DNA of 64,000 bases from Candidatus Kapaibacterium sp. (lineage in GTDB: Bacteria > Bacteroidota > Ignavibacteria > Kapaibacteriales > UBA2268): assembly GCA_026418625.1 (NCBI GenBank), contig JAOABA010000055.1, forward strand, positions 73,770-137,769, read 5' to 3'. A program made the position numbers and the translations under genes. Positions 28,344 through 37,937 of the stretch are shown here, in pieces. How positions within the stretch are numbered: position 1 is the first letter of the stretch; every line of letters starts with the position of its first letter. The notes beneath the pieces were generated by a model. That model saw only the letters and a program-made list of their open reading frames with translations, had not been told where the DNA came from and did not search any database.

Positions 28344-31300
28344 TTGCTTGTGGCAAAGAATTTTCAAGTAGTGCTTGACTTTCTGGTTAATCTAAAATCT
28401 GATAAATCCCAAGTTGAGAGATTAGCAAAAGAAGTTGAAACTATTCTAAGTAAGGTAAGTCCGGATTTGGATTTCGATAGTACTGAATTCAAGCATGGTA
28501 TTAAGCAAGTAGTTCAATTTCTTATGGAAACAGAAGAAGGAGCTAAAGATTTGGAGAAAGTTCTTTCAGCATTAGAAATTGATTTAGACACAGAAGAAGC
28601 AAAGAAAGCTCTTAGTGATATAGAATCAATACTCACAGATATTGATAAAACAGACCTGTCCGAAATCGAGAAAACTCTAAACGAATTGCAGCAAGGAAAC
28701 CTTGACGAAAACATCCAAAATCTTGACAAGGCACTTAAAGAAATGGATGCAACTAAGTTTGACAAAGAAGTTGAAAAACTTGCCGAATCTTTCCAAAGAG
28801 CACGCCAAGAAACAGAACAATTAGTTGCAAAACAAAAGTTAGCACTCCAAGCATTGAAAGCAAGTGGAAACGAAGGAAGTGAGGCATATAATAAACTTCA
28901 AAAAGAAATTTCCGAAGCCGAAGCAAAGTTGATACAGTTAGATTCAACATCAAAAAATACCAAAACCATTGGCGATAGAATGGCAACCTTCGGGATGGCA
29001 GTTCAAGGAATCGAACAATTGACATCAACATTAAATTCATTTCAAGAACCTTTTATAGAATTAGACAAACAAGTTAGAAACATAGGCACATTAGGAGTCA
29101 AAAACTTTCAGGAATTTGCTTCTGCTGCCACAAATCTATCAACAACCGTCCCTGATTCTGCGGGTGAAATCGCTCAAGGTGTTTATGATGCAATTTCCGC
29201 AGGAACAATTAAAGTAAAAGATGGCTTTGCAGATGTTACAGAAGGTATGGTATTTGTTGAAACGGCTTCAAAACTTGCTACTGCTGGATTAACATCTACA
29301 CAAGATGCTGTGAATGGTCTAACATCAGTCATGAATGCTTATGGAATTGAAGCAGGAAGATCAAGCGAAGTAGCTGATATTTTCTTTGGTGCGGTCAATG
29401 TTGGAAAAACAACAATTCCAGAACTTAATGCCTCACTTGCTAATGTGATACCAACAGCTGCCGCCTTTGAAGTAGAATTCAAACAAGTAGCAGCTGCAAT
29501 TGCTACAATGACAAAGCAAGGAACACCCACTGCCCAAGCGACTACTCAAATTAGAGCTGCACTAACAGAACTTGCCAAACCGGGTGCTACATTAGCTCCA
29601 ATTATGCAGAAAGCAGGTGTTTCATTGGATTCTTTAAAGAAGGAAGGACTTCAAGAATCAATGAAAAAGATTGGAAGTGCAATTGAAGATGCAGGAAAAT
29701 CAGCCACACAGATATTTTCATCTGTAGAAGCTGCGGGTGCAGTGATGTTATTAGCTGGTAAAAATGCTCAAATGGCTGCAGATGATTACATTGCAGTTGC
29801 AAATTCTATTGGCACAACAGAGGAAGCATTCAAAGTGGCTTCTGAAGGAATTGGAGTAAAAACAAAAATTATGCTTAACTCGATTCAAGCAGGTTTTAAC
29901 AATTTAATGGAAACAATTGGTAGTACAGGACAAACGGTACTGTCAGCTTCTACTCAGTTAGCTCCTTTGATAACTTCTTTTGCAGGACTTGGACAAATTA
30001 TCCCAGTAGATAAAATCAAGGGACAAATATCAGGTATATCATCAGGATTCACAAGTTTAATTAAAAATGCAGAAAGCACAGGTGGAGTAATAAAGGGTTT
30101 AAGCTCGAAAATGCAAGAAAGCGGTGGGATTTTAGCCAAGTTGGGACCGGCAATAGCAAATCCTTGGGTTTTAGGGATTGGTGCGGCTGTAGCAGGACTT
30201 ACTTTGTATCTGACAAAAACAGAAAAGGGCAAGCAAATACTTGAACGTTGGGGCGATTCGGCAAAAGAACTTTGGAACAAAGCACAACCAGTTATTGATT
30301 CTTTTCTTGACGCAGGAGAAGAATTTATCAATTACTTAATCAAAATTGGAGAACTTGTTTTTGAGATGCTTATTGCTCCGATAGAAATAGCTATATCATT
30401 TGTTTCTGAAATAGTTAATGTTATACTCGATTTGGTTGGAATATCGAATGAATCTACAAATGCCTTTCAAAACCTTGGAGAAGCATTGAAACTAATAGGT
30501 AAATATTTTGAGATGACAGCCAAAGGAGTTCAAGCGTTGATATATTCAGTTAGAATAGCGAAGGATTTTGTATTGGGTTTTATTGAATCAATACCTGAAT
30601 TGTTTTCTGTCTTAATGGACTATGCTAAATATTATCTTAATCCTGTGAATTGGATAAGCGGAGACGATGAATATGAAAAAGAGCTTTCAAACCGACTTAC
30701 TAATGCAGTTTCCGGTGCAATGAATAAGGCAAAGAACACTATAGCAGAATCCAAACTTGACTTTGCTATTCAGAATGCAATGACAATCAAAGAAGAAATC
30801 GACAAAAACAAAAAAATAGACGAACTTGTAAAGAAGTTTGAAAGTGCCAAGTCAGAAATCGAAAAGAAAAGTATAGCAGAAGAAATTGCAAAGCAAGTAC
30901 CCGGTGCTGTGAATGGTTATAAGCAACTTATAGATGAAAACGGGAAAGTAGTTCAAGCTATTGATTTGAATATTGAAAAGGTAAAAGAATTCACGAAGGC
31001 AAATGAAGAATCTTATTCAAGTAAATTGAAATCAGAACAGAATACATTCACAGAAGCATTGAAAGAAAAAGCAGACTTATATCAAAATCTGTCCGTTCAG
31101 GCAGAAACACTTGCAAATAAGATTGTTGAAGGTTCAAAGAAGGGCGAAGATGTTTCTGAAATCAAAGCTAAGTATCAAAAAGTCAAAGAAGAACTTAAAT
31201 CCCAAACCGAAGAGATGTCAAAGACACTTGCCGAAGGTTCAAAAATCGGGATTGAATTTGATAAGGTTGAACTGCCAAGCGAAGTAGAAGAACAATTCTA

Positions 31301-34076
31301 TGTGCAATTAATTGAACTAAGGAACAAGGTAAAAGATACAAAATTTGGAGAAGCAGTAACCGAAATGATTAGCATCCAAAAGAATCTTGACGAGCAAGAT
31401 AATATTGGTAAATTAGTTGAAAAGTTCTCCAAAGCAAAGACTGAAATTGAAAAAGCATCAATCGCTGAGCAAATTAAACGCACTGCACCCGAAGCAGTAA
31501 AAGAAATTGGTGTAATCCAAGACAAAGAAGGCAAACTGATTAAGCAATATGACATTCAAAGTGAGAAGATACTTGAAGTTTCAGAGAAGATGAAAGAAAG
31601 GTATTCGAGTGAACTTGAGTCCAAACAAGAATCATATCTTGGAAATCTAAAGAAAGAAGAAGATGCATATAAATCCGGACAGACAAAACTCAAAGAACTT
31701 CAAGATGAAATCAATAAGAGTAAAGCAAAGGGTCTTGATACAAAAGAACTTGAAAAGAGTTACGATGCAATTCAACAAAATATGAATGCTCAAAAGGATG
31801 GCATTATTGATTGGGCAGGAAAAGCTATTCAAGGTGGAATTGATGCCAATAGAGTTTATGAGCAAATTGCAAAGTCATTCGGTATCAGTGTTGAAGAAGC
31901 AAAGAACCTTGTAAGCGTTCAAAAGGAAAGTAAATCAGTTGGAGAATCGCAAGTAAAGGTTATTGATAAATTGGCAGAAGCTTGGTCTGCGGCAACTTCC
32001 GAGATAGATAATAATATTAAAACGCAACTTAGTGCTATTAATGAAATGTCGAAACAGCTTAAAAACAAAGCATTAAGCAAAGAAGAGCAGAAAGAATTAC
32101 AAGAGCAATACAATATAGAACTGAAAAGTCTTAAAGAAAATGTAAAAGAAAAGAAAAACCTCGACCGTATTGATGAACTTAATCAAATTAGAGCAGGGCT
32201 TAAAACACAAGAAGGTAAGTCTGCGTTTGAAATGGCTAAACAAGAAGCCGAACTTAAAAACAAGAATTTGGACATAGATCAGAAAAATTATGAGTATGTC
32301 CAGAAACAAAGTTTGATTCAAGAAAACCGTAAAGAAGATTCTTATGATGAACTTCTTATCAATCAAAAGCAATTGGAAACAATCAAAAACCAGAGATTAG
32401 CTTGGATTGAAGCACTAAAAGCTAAGAAATTGATAAGTGAAGTAACGAATGAAGGCGAAATCATATTCACTTCAAAAGTGAAAGAAGCAGATAGAACAGA
32501 GATTAAATCTATCATTCAGGATTTCAATATTAAAGTTCAGGAAGAGCAATCTAAAATTTTGGAATTAAAAGTAAAACTTAAAGCAGACGATATTGCACTA
32601 CGAGACAAACTAAGCGACCTTGAGAAAAAGAAAATTGAATGGGAAATTTCTATAGGAATCAAGGAAGAAACAGCACTTGAGACTTACATTGATGAATACA
32701 GAAATAAGCTTTCGATAACAAGAAATGAAATCGAAACCAACAATGATGTCATTGTAAAATTGAATCGGGATTTGGAGAATGAATTAAGCAGAGTGTCTGG
32801 AGAAAATTCTGTACAAGAAACTGAGAGAATTAGGATTAGATATGAATTGAAAATCAAAGAAGCAAAAGAGAAGAACCTTGAGCTTATTCAGAATGAATTA
32901 GACACCCAACAGAAGATAAAAGATATTGAAGATAGAATCTATAAATCGAGGGTAGATTCCATTAAGAGAAGTGAAGAAGAAAAGCTTTCTGATATTGAGA
33001 ACAGATTTAAAAGAGAATCCGAAATTTTGAATAAGTTCAACGAAATCTATGATAAGGCAACGGATAAAAGTCTAAGTCAAGATAAAGACTCCGAACTAAA
33101 AAAGATTGAAGACACCGAGAAAGCTAAACTTGCAGAACTTGAAAAGTGGCGTGATATGAATTCAATTAGTGCAGAAGTCTTTGAGAAGAAGAAAGCAGAA
33201 ATTGAGGAGAACGGTAGAAAAGAGCGTGAGAAGAAAGAAGAAGAATTCCGCAGGAAGCAATTACGAGCAGATTCTCAAAGACAGGGACTTGAAATTGAAT
33301 TGCAAAGGCGTAAAGATAATGAAACTTTGAGTATTCAGAAAGATGCTTTAAAGAAACAACTTGAACTACTGGAAGAAAAGGCAAACAAGTTTGATTTATA
33401 TGGCAGACCGATATTTGATAGTCAAAAGGAACAAGAAGAATATGATTCTTTATCAAAGAAACTGCTTGAAACAGAGAAATTGATTTCCGAACGTGGTGAT
33501 TCACTTGGATTAATTGTTACAGAACTTCAAACAACAGTTACCGATAGTTTGAGTAATCTATTCGCAGGCGACCCAGAAGCTGCTGCAGACAGTTGGAGAA
33601 AATTCTTTTCACAACTTGCAGGTATGTTGCAAGCAAAGGCTTCAGCATTTATCTTGGATTTGGTATTGTCTCCCGGAACAATGCAGTATATATCAGCTTT
33701 GCCTTTCCCTGCAAATGTTGTTGCAATTCCCGTAATAACAACAGCAATCAATGCGGCGGTTAAGGCAATAACAGACCCAATAATATCAACAATCCTTAGC
33801 TTTTCAACTGGTGGTAGAATTGACCAACCGACTATGGCTATTATTGGAGATGGTTCACGCTTGGGAGGCAGAAACCGAGAATGGATTTTCAACGATTCTC
33901 AATTGATTGCCACTGTTCAAATGGCAGGAGCAAATTCAAATTCTATGCTAATAGCTAAACTTGACCGAGTAGAAAAGCTACTTGCCACCCAAGAATTGAA
34001 AACTACTCTGCGGGGAAGTGATATTGATATAGCGTTGAGGAGAACTAACTTTCATAATATTTCAAGAAAGAAATAA
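28344..34076 (+). CDS. tail tape measure protein (1910 aa)
   Basis: It has a TMP-core-like region ('TASKLATAGLTSTQDAVNGLTSVMNAYGI...GKTTIPELNASLANVIP'), very long E/K-rich coiled coils, and C-terminal hydrophobic segments. It is located after the G/G-T chaperones. It contains an internal ~80-aa duplication. Confidence 0.85.
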   Translation: MLVAKNFQVVLDFLVNLKSDKSQVERLAKEVETILSKVSPDLDFDSTEFKHGIKQVVQFLMETEEGAKDLEKVLSALEIDLDTEEAKKALSDIESILTDIDKTDLSEIEKTLNELQQGNLDENIQNLDKALKEMDATKFDKEVEKLAESFQRARQETEQLVAKQKLALQALKASGNEGSEAYNKLQKEISEAEAKLIQLDSTSKNTKTIGDRMATFGMAVQGIEQLTSTLNSFQEPFIELDKQVRNIGTLGVKNFQEFASAATNLSTTVPDSAGEIAQGVYDAISAGTIKVKDGFADVTEGMVFVETASKLATAGLTSTQDAVNGLTSVMNAYGIEAGRSSEVADIFFGAVNVGKTTIPELNASLANVIPTAAAFEVEFKQVAAAIATMTKQGTPTAQATTQIRAALTELAKPGATLAPIMQKAGVSLDSLKKEGLQESMKKIGSAIEDAGKSATQIFSSVEAAGAVMLLAGKNAQMAADDYIAVANSIGTTEEAFKVASEGIGVKTKIMLNSIQAGFNNLMETIGSTGQTVLSASTQLAPLITSFAGLGQIIPVDKIKGQISGISSGFTSLIKNAESTGGVIKGLSSKMQESGGILAKLGPAIANPWVLGIGAAVAGLTLYLTKTEKGKQILERWGDSAKELWNKAQPVIDSFLDAGEEFINYLIKIGELVFEMLIAPIEIAISFVSEIVNVILDLVGISNESTNAFQNLGEALKLIGKYFEMTAKGVQALIYSVRIAKDFVLGFIESIPELFSVLMDYAKYYLNPVNWISGDDEYEKELSNRLTNAVSGAMNKAKNTIAESKLDFAIQNAMTIKEEIDKNKKIDELVKKFESAKSEIEKKSIAEEIAKQVPGAVNGYKQLIDENGKVVQAIDLNIEKVKEFTKANEESYSSKLKSEQNTFTEALKEKADLYQNLSVQAETLANKIVEGSKKGEDVSEIKAKYQKVKEELKSQTEEMSKTLAEGSKIGIEFDKVELPSEVEEQFYVQLIELRNKVKDTKFGEAVTEMISIQKNLDEQDNIGKLVEKFSKAKTEIEKASIAEQIKRTAPEAVKEIGVIQDKEGKLIKQYDIQSEKILEVSEKMKERYSSELESKQESYLGNLKKEEDAYKSGQTKLKELQDEINKSKAKGLDTKELEKSYDAIQQNMNAQKDGIIDWAGKAIQGGIDANRVYEQIAKSFGISVEEAKNLVSVQKESKSVGESQVKVIDKLAEAWSAATSEIDNNIKTQLSAINEMSKQLKNKALSKEEQKELQEQYNIELKSLKENVKEKKNLDRIDELNQIRAGLKTQEGKSAFEMAKQEAELKNKNLDIDQKNYEYVQKQSLIQENRKEDSYDELLINQKQLETIKNQRLAWIEALKAKKLISEVTNEGEIIFTSKVKEADRTEIKSIIQDFNIKVQEEQSKILELKVKLKADDIALRDKLSDLEKKKIEWEISIGIKEETALETYIDEYRNKLSITRNEIETNNDVIVKLNRDLENELSRVSGENSVQETERIRIRYELKIKEAKEKNLELIQNELDTQQKIKDIEDRIYKSRVDSIKRSEEEKLSDIENRFKRESEILNKFNEIYDKATDKSLSQDKDSELKKIEDTEKAKLAELEKWRDMNSISAEVFEKKKAEIEENGRKEREKKEEEFRRKQLRADSQRQGLEIELQRRKDNETLSIQKDALKKQLELLEEKANKFDLYGRPIFDSQKEQEEYDSLSKKLLETEKLISERGDSLGLIVTELQTTVTDSLSNLFAGDPEAAADSWRKFFSQLAGMLQAKASAFILDLVLSPGTMQYISALPFPANVVAIPVITTAINAAVKAITDPIISTILSFSTGGRIDQPTMAIIGDGSRLGGRNREWIFNDSQLIATVQMAGANSNSMLIAKLDRVEKLLATQELKTTLRGSDIDIALRRTNFHNISRKK

Positions 34077-34078
34077 CA

Positions 34079-34522
34079 TCAAATCTTTTGAAAATCAATA
34101 ATCTTTACAGCTTCAATACCATAATAATCATTTGTATTGTTAAAAGTTTGCAATAAAACCTCAAATTCCATTATTAGAGGTGATTGACAAATTATCGGTT
34201 CGATTGGAATAATATCAACAAATGTATCATAATCTGTAAAAGGTAAATATGGATTTTGAGTTCTATTAATTTTAGGTAAAGAGTTTGACATCTCATCAGT
34301 TATAAAACCTCTAAAAATCATATCGATGTCACAGGGTTTTTCTTTATAAAAAGGGAATTTAGTCTCTTTTTTAATAAAACTTCCAATTATCAAAGTTTGA
34401 TAACCAAAGCAATATTTCTCTATTATTTCAATCTGAGTTTTCAGTATGCGGTAAAGTTCTTTCCGTCTATTACCGAAAACATATTCCTTAATAAAATCAA
34501 CTTCTGAAAATTCAATTATCAT
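34079..34522 (-). CDS. minimal nucleotidyltransferase-like protein (Pol-beta superfamily signature), orphan
   Basis: 'LIIGSFIKKETKFPFYKEKPCDIDMIF' fits the hG[GS]...DxD motif of Pol-beta-type nucleotidyltransferases, though the spacer is on the long side. It is 147 aa and is the last gene before the tmRNA. Confidence 0.35.
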   Translation of the reverse strand: MIIEFSEVDFIKEYVFGNRRKELYRILKTQIEIIEKYCFGYQTLIIGSFIKKETKFPFYKEKPCDIDMIFRGFITDEMSNSLPKINRTQNPYLPFTDYDTFVDIIPIEPIICQSPLIMEFEVLLQTFNNTNDYYGIEAVKIIDFQKI

Positions 34523-34635
34523 TCTTTAGAATCCTTATCTGAAACCGAAATAAATTTCCACTTTAGGAGATAACATTTTAAGCCAATCTTGAAGAATTTG
34601 ACACGCATTTGGCACGTTTTTCATAACCCAAAATA

Positions 34636-34662
34636 AAAACCCTGACATAATCAGGGTTTTCA
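34636..34662. terminator. bidirectional rho-independent terminator (AAAACCCTGA-CATAA-TCAGGGTTTT)
   Basis: A perfect 10-bp stem with a 5-nt loop and flanking T/A runs on both strands. It lies just downstream of the tmRNA 3' end on the minus strand. Confidence 0.6.
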
Positions 34663-34673
34663 GGTTTCGTTTG

Positions 34674-35036
34674 TGGAGATGGCGGGAGTCGAACCCGCGT
34701 CCGGAGAGCTTCGTTCGAAGCTTCTACATGTTTAGTCGTTTTATTAATTTCGGTTTATGCTTGACCAAACGACAGGTGGCATAAACCTATTCACAGTTGT
34801 TTTCTCGTCCTTTTCCCTGTGAAGCAAATCGGGACCAGCCCGTCTCTTTGCGACACCTTTCAGAAATGCCGACGGGCAAACTTTCCGAAAGATGTGGCTG
34901 CGTAATTAATTAGGCAGCCAGAGCGTAATTTTCGTTGGCATTTATAATGCATACCGGTTGTATTTACGTGCGCCACCGATTGAGCACGACATGCTGCATT
35001 CAAACTCCATCACCCCGTCGAAGCCATTTCATCCCC
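34674..35036 (-). ncRNA. ssrA: tmRNA (ssrA)
   Basis: The minus-strand 5' end is GGGGAUGAAAUGGCUUCGACGGGG. The 3' end is GGUUCGACUCCCGCCAUCUCCA, a tRNA-Ala-like acceptor/T-arm. The 5' GGGGAUG pairs with the 3' CAUCUCC. The internal tag ORF GCC AAC GAA AAU UAC GCU CUG GCU GCC UAA = ANENYALAA* lies at 34910-34939. Confidence 0.85.
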
Positions 35037-35139
35037 ATTGGTGTTATAGCTTCTTTATCAAAGAACTATATTCATTAACGAATAATTTACTATTTTCTTT
35101 TAATCAACAAATTTTAATGAAATTAGTCTTATTTTTGCT

Positions 35140-36174
35140 GTGTTTCATTTTGTTATTATGCACGAAAATAAAATTAATAAAAATTTTGCTGAGAATTTAG
35201 CTGAAAAGATTCTTTCGAGGGATAAACTGTCGCTTTCGAAAGCGATTACTCTCATAGAAAGCACCAAAACCGAACATCAGAAAATAGCCAGAAAGTTACT
35301 TAATTTGTTGATACCTTATTCAGGTAAATCAATTAGAATCGGGATTACAGGTTCTCCGGGGGTTGGAAAAAGCACTTTTATTGATTCTTTTGCCGATTAC
35401 CTTTCAGGATTGGGAAGAAAGATTGCTATTTTAGCGATAGATCCAAGTAGCACTAAATCAAAAGGGTCAATTCTTGGAGATAAAACAAGGATGCAAAAAA
35501 TTGCCAATAATCCCAATGTATTTATAAGACCTTCACCTTCCCGAGGTAGTTCAGGTGGTATTGCCAATCGCACAAGAGAAACAATCCTTCTATGTGAAGC
35601 TTTCGGTTTTGATACAATAATTGTTGAAACTGTGGGTGTTGGTCAGAGCGAGGTTCTTGTTCGAACAATAGTTGATTTCTTTCTTCTTCTACTTCAGCCC
35701 GGTGGGGGAGATGAGTTGCAAGGGCTGAAAAAAGGCTCAGTTGAAATAGCAGACTTAATAGTAATTAATAAAGCTGACGGTGAAAATACCAATTTGGCAG
35801 AAGTAACAAAAAATGCTTATTCACTTGCTATTCATTATCTTCAGCCTGCCACTGATGGTTGGGAAACTAAGGTTGTAACTGCTTCCGCTATGAAAATGAC
35901 TGGTATTTCAGAAATTTGGGACATTATCAAAGAATTTGAACAAAAAACTAAAGAGTCAGGTATTTTCGAAAAGAGGAGGGAGGAGCAAAATCTCGACTGG
36001 TTTTATGTATTACTCGAAAACAACTTAAAAGCATTATTTTTCGAGAACCCACACATAAAGAAGAAATTGCAGTCTTTTGAAAAGAAAATCAAAGATGGAA
36101 AAATTATACCCTCAGAAGCCTCTGATAAAATAATCGATTTTTTCATTAAATTTTCTTTAAATGAAAGAATTTAA
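35140..36174 (+). CDS. MeaB/ArgK-family GTPase (methylmalonyl-CoA mutase-associated G-protein-like)
   Basis: It has the P-loop 'GITGSPGVGKSTF', a Walker B/switch 'VETVGVGQSE', and 'VINKADG' (NKxD). Confidence 0.75.
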   Translation: MFHFVIMHENKINKNFAENLAEKILSRDKLSLSKAITLIESTKTEHQKIARKLLNLLIPYSGKSIRIGITGSPGVGKSTFIDSFADYLSGLGRKIAILAIDPSSTKSKGSILGDKTRMQKIANNPNVFIRPSPSRGSSGGIANRTRETILLCEAFGFDTIIVETVGVGQSEVLVRTIVDFFLLLLQPGGGDELQGLKKGSVEIADLIVINKADGENTNLAEVTKNAYSLAIHYLQPATDGWETKVVTASAMKMTGISEIWDIIKEFEQKTKESGIFEKRREEQNLDWFYVLLENNLKALFFENPHIKKKLQSFEKKIKDGKIIPSEASDKIIDFFIKFSLNERI

Positions 36175-36302
36175 GATTTTTCTTCATATTCAAGTAATTT
36201 TAACGTGAAAGAAAAATCTAAGTTTTTATTATTTTTTATTTCCTAAATAAGTATTATATTTGTTGTTTTGATTTTTACAAATATCAATTTTTTTGAGGAA
36301 AG

Positions 36303-36905
36303 ATGAATTATACAGGACCAAAAGTCAAAATTTCGAGAAAACTTGGATTAGAACTGACAGTTAAATCCAGAAAATATACTGAAAAGAAACCATATCCACC
36401 CGGACAGCATGGTCAAATGAAGAAAAGGGCTAAACAATCGGATTATGGAAAACAATTGCTTGAAAAACAAAGGTTAAGATTGCAGTTTAACCTTTCTGAA
36501 AAACAAATGAGAAATTACTATAAGAAAGCAACAAGACTTACTGGTAATACAGGCGATTTATTAATTCAACTAATCGAACAAAGGCTTGATTCGGTTGTAA
36601 CAAGGGCAGGTTTAGCACCCTCAATTTATGCAGCCCGACAATATATTTCACACGGACATATTATGGTTAACGGACATAGAGTAAATGTTGCATCTTATGG
36701 TGTTAAACTTAATGATGTTATTTCAGTTAAGGAAAAAAGCAGAAAATTAGAATGTTTCAAGGATTCTATTCGTTCAGCTGCTCCACCACCTTATATAGAG
36801 TTGTCAAAAGCAGATTTTTCTGCCAAATTCTTATATGTGCCTCCAAGAGAGGAAATACCTGTTATTTGTGAAGTTCCTCTTGTTGTTGAATATTATTCAA
36901 GATAA
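36303..36905 (+). CDS. rpsD: 30S ribosomal protein S4
   Basis: It starts '..YTGPKVKISRKLG' and has an S4 RNA-binding domain ('LDSVVTRAGLAPSIYAARQYISHGHIMVNG'). It is 200 aa. Confidence 0.9.
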   Translation: MNYTGPKVKISRKLGLELTVKSRKYTEKKPYPPGQHGQMKKRAKQSDYGKQLLEKQRLRLQFNLSEKQMRNYYKKATRLTGNTGDLLIQLIEQRLDSVVTRAGLAPSIYAARQYISHGHIMVNGHRVNVASYGVKLNDVISVKEKSRKLECFKDSIRSAAPPPYIELSKADFSAKFLYVPPREEIPVICEVPLVVEYYSR

Positions 36906-36927
36906 TAAATGTTAAAACTAATTTAAT

Positions 36928-36962
36928 AAACCTTTCGGTCTATCTGAAAGGTTTTTTTTATT
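36928..36962 (+). terminator. rho-independent terminator after rpsD
   Basis: AAACCTTTC-ggtctatct-GAAAGGTTT followed by TTTTTTATTT. Confidence 0.6.
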
Positions 36963-36968
36963 TAAATT

Positions 36969-37862
36969 ATGAAAAGACGTGAGTTATTAAATATTTTATT
37001 TTTCTCAGTGCCAATATTTTATGTTGGAAATAAACTTTTTTCCTCAGAAACCAAAAGGTATGAAACAAATCAAAAATCTATTGAGATTTTTAAAAATTTG
37101 ATGGCTCAATATTCTAATAATTCCAAAAAAAATTATTCTTCAATCAACAGATTTATCATTGATTTCTCAAGGGAGTTCTTGGGTTACCCTTACAAAGCTG
37201 GAACTTTAGAGGGTGAGGGAGAAGAAATTTGCCGATTTGATTTAACCGGCTTCGATTGTGTAACCTTGGTTGAAAGTTCATTATGCCTGTCAAGAATTTT
37301 AATGAAGGGTCTAAATACTATCGAAGATTTTGCAAATGAATTAATTTTTACAAGATACCGAAATGGTATATTAGAAGATTATACATCAAGGCTACATTAC
37401 ACTGCTGATTGGGCTTATGACAATATTCAGAAAGGTGTTGTAGAAGATTTAACGAAAGAGCTTGGAGGTGTTAAATTACCATTAAAAGTAAATTTTATGT
37501 CATCAAATCCTAATCTATATCCACCTTTGAAAGAAAATAAAGCTTTTATTGATAAAATTAAAATTATTGAAGCTGATATAAATTCGAGGAATTATTATTA
37601 TATCCCAAAAGATAAAGTAAAAGAAATAGAACCTTTCCTTCGAACTGCAGATATTATTTGCATAGCAACAAATAAAAAAGGTTTAGATTATTCTCATCTT
37701 GGTTTGGCTTATATAGAGGAAATAAGGAACACAAAAAAAGCAAGATTCCTTCATTCATCTTCTAAACAAAAAAAAGTGATAATTGATAAAACCATTAGTG
37801 AATATCTTAATGAATCGTCAAGTTCTATTGGTATCACAATATTGAGACCAATGGAGGTTTAA
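36969..37862 (+). CDS. hypothetical exported protein
   Basis: A 297-aa protein with an N-terminal hydrophobic segment. No confident domain assignment. Confidence 0.35.
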   Translation: MKRRELLNILFFSVPIFYVGNKLFSSETKRYETNQKSIEIFKNLMAQYSNNSKKNYSSINRFIIDFSREFLGYPYKAGTLEGEGEEICRFDLTGFDCVTLVESSLCLSRILMKGLNTIEDFANELIFTRYRNGILEDYTSRLHYTADWAYDNIQKGVVEDLTKELGGVKLPLKVNFMSSNPNLYPPLKENKAFIDKIKIIEADINSRNYYYIPKDKVKEIEPFLRTADIICIATNKKGLDYSHLGLAYIEEIRNTKKARFLHSSSKQKKVIIDKTISEYLNESSSSIGITILRPMEV

Positions 37863-37937
37863 ATTTAATACTAAAATATATCATATAACAGTCTTTAACA
37901 ATTTGCTTGGACAAATTTAGATTTTATTAATCAATAG

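Noticed and set aside
28514-33892. Multiple 60-125-aa antisense ORFs inside the tape-measure gene
   Set aside because: They lie antisense to a long, clearly coding, repetitive gene. They are Ser/Leu/Phe-rich low-complexity translations typical of spurious ORFs.
34523-34674. Integrase / attR next to the tmRNA
   Set aside because: The only ORF near the tmRNA is the 147-aa NTase-like gene. No tyrosine- or serine-recombinase motifs occur in any ORF of the window. No internal duplicate of the tmRNA 3' end was found.
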